Part shown: piece by piece, positions 57,075 to 64,000 of the stretch
Layout of the letters: the number at the start of each line of letters is the position of its first letter
How positions within the stretch are numbered: position 1 is the stretch's first letter
Assembly: GCA_964609855.1 (NCBI GenBank)
Contig: CAZSTB010000005.1
Coordinates: 1,467-65,466, forward strand
Direction of reading: 5' to 3'
DNA: 64,000 nucleotides
Source of the DNA: an uncultured Bdellovibrionales bacterium
GTDB taxonomy: Bacteria; Patescibacteriota; Minisyncoccia; Moranbacterales; GWC2-37-73
Made by a program: the position numbers and the translations under genes
The notes under the pieces: generated by a model
What the model saw: only the letters and a program-made list of their open reading frames with translations
Told to the model about the DNA's origin: nothing
Database searches by the model: none

Positions 57075-57170
57075 GTCGTAGGAAGTAGGTGGTAGGATGA
57101 AACTGGAATTATGAATTAGGCTGTGGGAATGATGTGGTAGGATTTAGGAATTAGGTGGTGGGTTGTGGTG
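57063..57170 (+). repeat. G-rich heptamer array (TAGGAGT/TAGGAAT/TAGGTGG), single arm
   Basis: About 12 degenerate 7-nt units starting in the last codons of yidD. Confidence 0.75.
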
Positions 57171-57280
57171 ATTAAAATTGGATTATTTATATATAAGCGG
57201 TAGTTTTTTAAAAATATGGAATGTGAAAATGGTAAATAAATCAAGTTTATAAATTATAGAAACATACTAGGAGGTAAGCG

Positions 57281-57463
57281 ATGGAAAATTGCGACGGAAA
57301 AGTAATAAACATGAAATGTCTCGGTTGCCAATTTCTTCCTTTGTGTTTGGAGGAAAAGGTGTTTTCAAAGGAGTTGGATGGAGATAAGGAAAAGTTGATC
57401 TTGAACTCTTGTCCGAAAACGGAAAAGGGCGATGGTCACATCGCTTGTTGTTGCTGCGATTAA
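57281..57463 (+). CDS. Small Cys-rich protein
   Basis: GGAGGT SD; 60 aa, CLGCQFLPLC and C-terminal ACCCCD. Confidence 0.65.
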   Translation: MENCDGKVINMKCLGCQFLPLCLEEKVFSKELDGDKEKLILNSCPKTEKGDGHIACCCCD

Positions 57464-57557
57464 TGCATGATTACATATTCAAAAACAAGGAGGTGAAACT
57501 TGGTGAATTTTAAATTTTCCATTGGAATGTAACCTTAACCTGTAAAAGGAGTGATTT

Positions 57558-57797
57558 ATGCCGAGGAACCAGAGAGAAACAACCAGAATCATCGGCCGTG
57601 GAAAAAAAACAAGAAGCGCGGGCTTGATTGTTGCACCTCCAAGCAATGATGAGATCATCGTAACCGTTCATCCATCCTGTCCACTTAAGTCAGGTGGTTA
57701 CGTAGCGCCGGGAAATGGCCCGTTCGATACCATGCCACTTTCAAGCAGGGAATTGGATATCTGTCACAATAAATGCGGAAAAGCGTGCGTGCTGTAA
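57558..57797 (+). CDS. Small hypothetical protein with C-terminal CxxxCxxxC
   Basis: AAGGAG SD; terminator at 57815-57846. Confidence 0.6.
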   Translation: MPRNQRETTRIIGRGKKTRSAGLIVAPPSNDEIIVTVHPSCPLKSGGYVAPGNGPFDTMPLSSRELDICHNKCGKACVL

Positions 57798-57868
57798 TTA
57801 GCATGTCGCTTAAAGAAACCGCTCTGAGTATATCAGAGCGGTTTTTAATTTTTTTGTAAAAATAAAGA

Positions 57869-57910
57869 TTAGCACTCGGACTTGACGACTGCTAATCGGC
57901 ATATTATAAT
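57869..57910 (+). promoter_or_regulatory. CIRCE operator overlapping a sigma70 promoter
   Basis: TTAGCACTC-N9-GACTGCTAA (1 mismatch) at 57869-57895; TTGACG-17-TATAAT; directly upstream of hrcA. Confidence 0.92.
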
Positions 57911-57964
57911 GAATTTGTAATAAAGCTAGGAAGCTAAAAAGCTAAATCCTAATAAGTTGTTCAT

Positions 57965-58708
57965 ATGAACGAAAGACAAGAAAAAATTTTAGCAGCTGTC
58001 GTTGAAGAATATACTCAAACGGCTGTTCCTGTTGGGAGTCAGATTCTGGCTGGTAAATATGGCTTTCAGGTAAGCTCGGCAACCATCAGAAATGACATGA
58101 TGACTCTTGAGGAGGAGGGATATTTATATCAGCCACATATTAGTGCTGGTAGAATTCCAACTGATAATGGTTACAGATATTTTGTGGAAGAGGTCATGAA
58201 AGATAAGGTGCTTTCAAAAGAGGAACAGCAGATAATGCAAAAAGAATTTTTAAAATTAAAGGCTCAAAATAAACGACTCACGAGAACAACAGCGAAACTA
58301 CTTTCCCATGTTAGCGGAAATTTTGCTATCAGTAGTTTGCAGGAAAACGATGAATTTGCGGAATTTGGAATGCGCGAACTTATGGAGGCTCCGGAATTCC
58401 AAGAAATGGATGAAATGTGCAGGGTAGTTGAAATGCTGGATTATATCGATGAGAAATTTGACCAGCTGACAAAGGGTATTAAGGAGGGAGAAACGAGGAT
58501 ATTCATTGGGAAAGAAAATCCTATCCATCCAACTGCCAATTGTTCTATGATTGTTTCCCCCTATAGGTTGAAAAACGGCGAGAAAGGAATCCTGGCATTA
58601 ATCGGACCAAAAAGAATGAAGTATGCTCAGAACAAGTCTATGATTGATTATGTAAAAAAGCTCCTGGGAGCATCAATGGTGATAATAGTAATGATAAATA
58701 TCGTTTAA
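57965..58708 (+). CDS. hrcA: Heat-inducible transcription repressor (short form)
   Basis: RQ.KIL..VVEEY....PVGS, SSATIRNDM..LE, QPH.SAGRIPT..GYR, IGP.RM.Y. Confidence 0.93.
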   Translation: MNERQEKILAAVVEEYTQTAVPVGSQILAGKYGFQVSSATIRNDMMTLEEEGYLYQPHISAGRIPTDNGYRYFVEEVMKDKVLSKEEQQIMQKEFLKLKAQNKRLTRTTAKLLSHVSGNFAISSLQENDEFAEFGMRELMEAPEFQEMDEMCRVVEMLDYIDEKFDQLTKGIKEGETRIFIGKENPIHPTANCSMIVSPYRLKNGEKGILALIGPKRMKYAQNKSMIDYVKKLLGASMVIIVMINIV

Positions 58709-58709
58709 A

Positions 58710-58833
58710 TAATTTTCAATGCTCAATTCTCAATTTTCATTGAATTTTCAAATCATAATTATTGATAATGCATCTGTTTAAGAACTTTTTCATTGTAAAT
58801 TGATTGTGAATTGAAAACTGTAAATTGAAAATT
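58710..58833. repeat. Inverted heptamer array (TTTTCAA / TTGAAAA), gene-less
   Basis: AATTTTCAATGCTCAATTCTCAATTTTCAAT ... TTGTGAATTGAAAACTGTAAATTGAAAATT. Confidence 0.78.
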
Positions 58834-58845
58834 GATATTAAATTT

Positions 58846-59436
58846 ATGTCAAAAGAACACAAAAAAATGAAAGATGAAAAAGAGTCGTCGCAAGAATCTG
58901 AAACCCCTAAAGATATTAAGGATATTGAAGAGGAAATTGTGATCGAGCAAGACCCGTCTGACGCCGAGGCAGTAAATGAAATTGCAGAGTTAGAGAAAAA
59001 GGCCTTGGAAAACTTGGAGGGATGGAAGCGTTGTCAGGCTGATTTTGAAAACTACAAAAAAATGCAGGCTGAGTCTCAAAAGGATATGGTGCGCTATGCT
59101 ACGCAGAATATTGTTATGGAAATCATTCCTGTGCTCGATAATTTCCACATGTCGACCGCGCATATTCCGGAAGATCAAAAGGACGGCGGATGGGTTGTGG
59201 GAATCATGCATATTCAAAAACAGTTGGAAAATGTTTTAACTGAAAATGGTGTCCAAGAAATTGCTCCCAAGATTGGTGAAAATTTTGATCCGGTAATGCA
59301 CGAAGCAATTGAAGACAAGGAGTGTACGCATTGCAAAAGTGAGAAAAAATTTGAAAATAAGATCAAAAGTGTGGCGATGAACGGATATAAGATTGGGGAC
59401 AAGGTGATTCGTGCGGCAAGAGTTGTAGTTGAATAA
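58846..59436 (+). CDS. grpE: Nucleotide exchange factor GrpE
   Basis: R.QADFENYKK, IPVLDNF, FDP.MHEA, GY....KVIR.A.V.V. Confidence 0.95.
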   Translation: MSKEHKKMKDEKESSQESETPKDIKDIEEEIVIEQDPSDAEAVNEIAELEKKALENLEGWKRCQADFENYKKMQAESQKDMVRYATQNIVMEIIPVLDNFHMSTAHIPEDQKDGGWVVGIMHIQKQLENVLTENGVQEIAPKIGENFDPVMHEAIEDKECTHCKSEKKFENKIKSVAMNGYKIGDKVIRAARVVVE

Positions 59437-59505
59437 AAAAAGATCCAAGCTCTCAGGAGGTGAAAAGCTTGGATCATGCAGACAATCATTGAAAGTCTGC
59501 GCATA
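59435..59505 (-). ncRNA. Predicted ~70-nt sRNA with a CCUCC (anti-SD) terminator loop
   Basis: Minus-strand TTGACA(59538-33)-16-TATAAT(59516-11), two hairpins, U-tail on the minus strand only. Confidence 0.55.
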
Positions 59506-59567
59506 CAGGCATTATAAACGGGGAAAGTTATTTGTCAATTTATGTTGAAATAAAAAGAAAGCGCCCG

Positions 59568-59774
59568 CTAAATGGGGCGCCGATAAGGATCGCAGTTTCT
59601 GCTAGAGGTGGTCAAGAGGTGTTTTTTCGCAAGGAATGAATTCGTCGCTGTGTTGTTCTTGGACTGGGAATCCGAAAAGATATATCTTCGGTTTTTTACC
59701 TGCAGGTGCCAAAACTTCTTCTTCCCCAGGCTTGACGATGACTTTCGGCTTTGTTTCTTCTGATAATCAGACAT
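59568..59774 (-). CDS. Small basic hypothetical protein
   Basis: AGAGGTG SD, upstream TTGACA, GCGCCC/GGGCGC terminator at the stop. Confidence 0.55.
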   Translation of the reverse strand: MSDYQKKQSRKSSSSLGKKKFWHLQVKNRRYIFSDSQSKNNTATNSFLAKKHLLTTSSRNCDPYRRPI

Positions 59775-59940
59775 GGCACACCTCTTGAATTCATTGTTAA
59801 CGTACTAACGAGTATAGATTTTATATCACATATCATGTTCATTGTCAAGTACCGGGAAATAAAAAAAACCCGCATGGGCATTTGTTGAAATATCCCGCAC
59901 GGGCGAGCAGGCAAGCGCTGTGCCAAGCTCTGGATTCAGT

Positions 59941-60032
59941 ATACAACGCACAATAGACAATATGCAACAGACAAAAGACAAAAGACAACATGCAAAATAC
60001 AACAGTCAAATGTAAAATACAACAACTACAAT
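59941..60032 (+). repeat. A/C-rich heptamer array (ACAAAAG/ACAACAG), single arm
   Basis: About 12 degenerate 7-nt units. Confidence 0.7.
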
Positions 60033-60050
60033 TCTAAACATGCAGGCACA

Positions 60051-60121
60051 TTGTCATTCCCATGAAAATGGGAATCCAGGTTCGAGAGAATCCACGGATT
60101 ATAAATTCATGGGAATGACAA
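60051..60121. repeat. GTCAT..ATGAC REP/RPE-like palindrome
   Basis: TTGTCATTCCCATGAAAATGGGAATCC...CATGGGAATGACAA. Confidence 0.8.
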
Positions 60122-60224
60122 TAAAAATTAAATAATTTAATAAATTATAAAATCCTATTGGAATTACTATTTGTACATTTGTAAATTTGTAATAGATTTG
60201 TAATTTCGTAGGAGCAAAAAGAAT

Positions 60225-62150
60225 ATGGGAAAAATTCTCGGAATCGATCTCGGAACCACTAACAGCGCCATGGCGGTTGTGATGGGTGGAAAACCTGAAA
60301 TCGTGGAAAACAAAGAAGGTGCAAGAACAACCCCTTCAATGGTTGCAATTTCAAAAACCGGAGAAAGATTGGTTGGGCTTTTGGCAAAACGTCAATCAGT
60401 GACCAATCCTGCCAACACTCTTTATTCAATCAAGCGTTTGATTGGACGAGCTTATCATGACGCTGAAGTTCAGCGCGATGAAAAACTTATGCCATACAAG
60501 ATTGTGCATGCTGGAGAAATGGTGAAAGTGACCATGGGAGACAAGGACTACACTCCGCAAGAAATTTCTGCCATGATTCTTGGAAAATTGAAAGCTGACG
60601 CCGAAGAAAAACTGGGAGAAAAAATCACTGACGCTGTAATCACGGTTCCTGCATATTTCGATGACGCTCAAAGAAAGGCAACTAAGGAAGCTGGAGAAAT
60701 CGCTGGTTTCAATGTTCGTCGAATCATCAACGAACCGACAGCCGCAGCCTTGGCTTATGGTTTCGATAAAAAAGCTGACGAAAAAATCGCAGTCTATGAT
60801 CTTGGTGGAGGAACTTTCGATATTTCCATCTTGGAAGTTGGGGGAGACACGGTTGAAGTTAAATCAACCAACGGAGACACCCACCTTGGAGGAGATGACT
60901 TCGATCAGATCATCATTCAATGGATCATCGATGAATTCAAAAAACAGGAAGGAATCGATCTTTCAAATGATCCTCTTTCGCTTCAAAGAATCAAAGAAGC
61001 TGCTGAGAAAGCTAAGATCGAACTTTCAACTGCGGCTGACACTGAAATCAATCAACCGTTCATTACATCCGATGCAACCGGTCCGAAACATTTGGTGATG
61101 AAGATGACCCGCGCAAAACTTGAAGAATTGGTTGGCGAGCTTGTTGAAAAAACTTTGGAACCAGTCAAGAAAGCTCTTGCTGATGCAAAACTAACAGTTG
61201 GCGACATCAATGAAGTTGTGATGGTTGGAGGAATGACCCGCATGCCGCTTGTTCTTCAGACTGTTGAGAAATTCTTCGGCAAGAAACCGAACATCTCAGT
61301 GAACCCTGACGAAGTTGTTGCGCTTGGAGCTGCAATTCAAGGAGGAGTGCTGGAAGGTTCAATGAAAGATGTTTTGCTTTTGGATGTCACACCACTTACA
61401 CTCGGAATCGAAACAATGGGAGGAGTTTCAACTCCGCTTATTGATCGCAACACAACTGTCCCAACTTCAAAAACTCAGACATTTTCAACTGCCGCTGACA
61501 ATCAGCCAGGCGTTGAAATTCACGTGCTCCAAGGTGAACGCGAATTGGCTTCTGGAAACAAGACTCTTGGAAAATTCCTGCTTGATGGAATTCCACCAGC
61601 ACCACGCGGAGTTCCTCAGATTGAAGTTGAATTCGACATTGATGCAAACGGAATTCTGAATGTGACTGCCAAAGACAAAGCAACTGGAAAATCTCAGTCA
61701 ATCAAAATCGAAGCTTCATCCGGACTTTCAAAAGAAGAAATCGAGAAGATGAAGAAAGATGCTGAAATGCATGCTGAAGAAGACAAGCAAAAGAAAGAAT
61801 TGATTGAAGCTCGCAACATGGCTGACACTCTTGTCTACACAACCGAGAAAGCGATGCGAGATGCTGGCGATAAAGTGACCGAAGAGGAAACTAAGCCAGT
61901 GAAAGATGCAATCGAAGAACTTAACAAAGTGAAAAACGGAGAAGACTTGAATGAAATCAAGGCCAAAACCGAAGCGCTTTCACAAGCTGCCCAAAAGATT
62001 GGTGAAAAACTTTACGCTGCCGCTCAAGAAAAAGAGAAGGCTGATAAAGAAGCCAACGCCGGCGCAGAAGGCGAGACAGTGAAAGAGGCCGAAGTTGAAT
62101 CAGATAAAAAAGATGAGACTGAGGAAAAGAAAGACGAAGACAAAAAATAA
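60225..62150 (+). CDS. dnaK: Chaperone DnaK (Hsp70)
   Basis: [34 protein letters not shown]. Confidence 0.99.
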   Translation: MGKILGIDLGTTNSAMAVVMGGKPEIVENKEGARTTPSMVAISKTGERLVGLLAKRQSVTNPANTLYSIKRLIGRAYHDAEVQRDEKLMPYKIVHAGEMVKVTMGDKDYTPQEISAMILGKLKADAEEKLGEKITDAVITVPAYFDDAQRKATKEAGEIAGFNVRRIINEPTAAALAYGFDKKADEKIAVYDLGGGTFDISILEVGGDTVEVKSTNGDTHLGGDDFDQIIIQWIIDEFKKQEGIDLSNDPLSLQRIKEAAEKAKIELSTAADTEINQPFITSDATGPKHLVMKMTRAKLEELVGELVEKTLEPVKKALADAKLTVGDINEVVMVGGMTRMPLVLQTVEKFFGKKPNISVNPDEVVALGAAIQGGVLEGSMKDVLLLDVTPLTLGIETMGGVSTPLIDRNTTVPTSKTQTFSTAADNQPGVEIHVLQGERELASGNKTLGKFLLDGIPPAPRGVPQIEVEFDIDANGILNVTAKDKATGKSQSIKIEASSGLSKEEIEKMKKDAEMHAEEDKQKKELIEARNMADTLVYTTEKAMRDAGDKVTEEETKPVKDAIEELNKVKNGEDLNEIKAKTEALSQAAQKIGEKLYAAAQEKEKADKEANAGAEGETVKEAEVESDKKDETEEKKDEDKK

Positions 62151-62195
62151 TCTTTTTAAAGAGCGAGGCATTTAGCCTCGCTCTTTAATATAAAT

Positions 62196-62969
62196 ATGGA
62201 AAAGATAAAAAAATATATTAGAGATGTTTTAAAGGTGCTCATACCAAATGAAATTATGAGAAAATCATCATTTATGGCGCTTGTTTCTGCGTTTTTAATT
62301 CTAAATTTTTTAGGATGGCTCATAGCTAAATTTTTAGATTTGTTTTTCTTGAGTTGGTTTTCGAAATATGGTGGTAAATTTATCACATACATACTGAGTC
62401 TTATTTTTAAGCCATTTAATGTTAATTTTTTGGTGGTCTTTTTGTATTCAATCTTTTTTATTATTGTCTATAGGTTTTTCGATAAAAAATATCTTAATAA
62501 AAAAGAAGGTGTTGTTATTTATGAACATGATTTCAGATATGGTGATAGTGGTTGGGTTAAAAATTATTGGGGATCAACCAATCCGCAGAAGACAAATAGG
62601 ATTGAAAATCAATCTATGATATTTGAAGCAACACCAGGGGAATTATTGCATGAAAATAAAGAATTTGGAGCATATCATGATTTATCTGATGGAATTTATG
62701 AAGGAAATGAATACGAAGTTTCTTGTGTGGTAAGATCTGAACCTGATACAACAATGAAATTTCAAATATGGATACATGACGATATAACAGGCAATGGATC
62801 AACAAGGAGGGCGCGTTTTCCTGAACAACCGGAGACTCCAGCAGAAACTTTAAAAACCATACGAACAAGGTTTGTAGCAAGTAATACAAATGCCATGAGA
62901 ATACATCTACATAATATAGGAGGTAATGGAAAAATTATTATAGAAAGTGTTAAGGTTGTTAAATTGTAA
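62196..62969 (+). CDS. Membrane protein with a C-terminal beta-sandwich (carbohydrate-binding-like) domain
   Basis: N-terminal TM helices; C-terminal beta-rich region (YEVSCVVRS, RIHLHN.GG.G.I.IESV.V). Confidence 0.6.
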   Translation: MEKIKKYIRDVLKVLIPNEIMRKSSFMALVSAFLILNFLGWLIAKFLDLFFLSWFSKYGGKFITYILSLIFKPFNVNFLVVFLYSIFFIIVYRFFDKKYLNKKEGVVIYEHDFRYGDSGWVKNYWGSTNPQKTNRIENQSMIFEATPGELLHENKEFGAYHDLSDGIYEGNEYEVSCVVRSEPDTTMKFQIWIHDDITGNGSTRRARFPEQPETPAETLKTIRTRFVASNTNAMRIHLHNIGGNGKIIIESVKVVKL

Positions 62970-62985
62970 TTTTTTGCAAAAATTA

Positions 62986-63294
62986 ATGAAATTCATCATC
63001 ATCTACATCACTCATAAAAGTCTCAAAGAGGCGAAGAAAGTTGCTGAGCATTTGCTTGAGAAAAAAATGATTGCGTGCGTGAACTATTTTCCAATCCAAA
63101 GTTCTTATTGGTGGAATGGAAAAATTGAAAATGCAAAAGAAATTGTATCTCTTGTTAAGACTAAAAAAGAAAATTGGACAAAGATTAAAAAGGAAGTTGA
63201 AAAAATCCATCCTTACGACGTGCCATGCATAATGAAAATTGAAGTTGAAGCAAATGGAGATTATGCAAGATGGATAGAAAAAGAAACGAAATAA
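62986..63294 (+). CDS. cutA: Divalent-cation tolerance protein CutA
   Basis: IACVN..PI.S.YWW.G, VKT, HPYDVPCI. Confidence 0.93.
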   Translation: MKFIIIYITHKSLKEAKKVAEHLLEKKMIACVNYFPIQSSYWWNGKIENAKEIVSLVKTKKENWTKIKKEVEKIHPYDVPCIMKIEVEANGDYARWIEKETK

Positions 63295-63661
63295 AAAAGA
63301 GGCGGGGATTTATGTTTCACCATTTGAAGTACGTAGGCAATGCGCAAGTGGACGAGCGTAAAAATTTTCGCGAGACGACTCGAGAGGTGCAGTGAAATTT
63401 TAGCTCGGTAGCGTAGCGCATGCCACAGTATCTTCATCAGGCGAGAGTTTTCTTTCCTCCAGGTTTCTTTTGCGGAAAAAGAAATGTGGAAAACTATAAA
63501 AAGCCTCGCGACATTATTGCAATACCTTGGTTATTATAGAGAAATGCGCTGCATGATTCATACCTCCGAATGTGAAAAATGGTTGCACTCAAAAACTTTC
63601 TAAACAAAAGCTTGTAAAAAATTTTAAGGGACCTTGCGATATTGACCGCAAGGTCCCTTTT

Positions 63662-63949
63662 TTACGGAAGCAGATCTAGATACTCAGGCGCATCAAAGAT
63701 GTATTCCGTCCGCCACCATGAGGTGTGCGCTCTTCCTGCATGAGAGGTTACAAGTTTGTAACCTACTTCAATGAAGCGGTTGATAATTGCCAGGGATTTT
63801 TTTGCACTGGAATCGCAATCATCGGTCAGTGCGTTTACTACCGATTTGAACAGGGACCCACTCTTGATTTTTGAGCTGGGTAAGTAGTAAACATCAACAT
63901 TTATTGCATTGCTATCGTCAAATTCCTGTATGCTAACTTTTACCAACAT
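63662..63949 (-). CDS. Hypothetical protein
   Basis: AAGGAGG SD; strong hairpin terminator at 63626-63663. Confidence 0.65.
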   Translation of the reverse strand: MLVKVSIQEFDDSNAINVDVYYLPSSKIKSGSLFKSVVNALTDDCDSSAKKSLAIINRFIEVGYKLVTSHAGRAHTSWWRTEYIFDAPEYLDLLP

Positions 63950-64000
63950 AAAGCCTCCTTTTCAAAGTGCTACTTTGGGATATAAAGCTAACCATATATT

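Noticed and set aside
57063-60032. Heptamer arrays as CRISPR arrays
   Set aside because: Units are 7-9 nt, degenerate and contiguous, with no unique spacers and no cas genes

Overview
AT-rich bacterial chromosome segment using the standard code (TAA/TAG/TGA all act as stops; prfB is present with its +1 frameshift). Gene content points to a Patescibacteria/CPR genome, probably Parcubacteria and Moranbacteria-like (inference). The evidence is a short AlaRS, a sigma70-region-4/HARE-HTH protein next to a VirD4/HerA-like ATPase, and SD-less core genes. The backbone is housekeeping: folC, trmD, ftsW-murG-murC, a P-type ATPase, murB, hpf, a four-subunit pyruvate:ferredoxin oxidoreductase operon, tRNA-Thr(CGT), prfB, ftsEX, recQ, secDF, tyrS, pheST, mnmA, alaS, rplU, recR, dnaB, cysS, corA, yidD, CIRCE-hrcA-grpE, dnaK and cutA. 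The unusual signal is mostly non-coding. (1) Two four-helix-bundle (23S-IVP/bAvd-like) genes sit in the loops of inverted heptamer-repeat stems, and more than 15 gene-less heptamer arrays lie at other gene junctions. (2) A ~120-130 bp structured element without terminal inverted repeats duplicates AATAAA(A); it visibly splits one gene and one terminator. (3) Palindromic REP/RPE-like elements are inserted in frame into folC and mnmA. (4) An aromatic-codon leader-peptide attenuator lies upstream of two unknown genes. (5) A predicted ~70-nt sRNA presents an anti-Shine-Dalgarno loop between grpE and dnaK. (6) A two-gene cassette-like block has repeated spacers. (7) Several self-contained, SD-led accessory mini-modules are interspersed among SD-less core genes. 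I saw no CRISPR array, transposase, integrase or reverse transcriptase in the window. All calls come from reading the sequence; no database searches were run.
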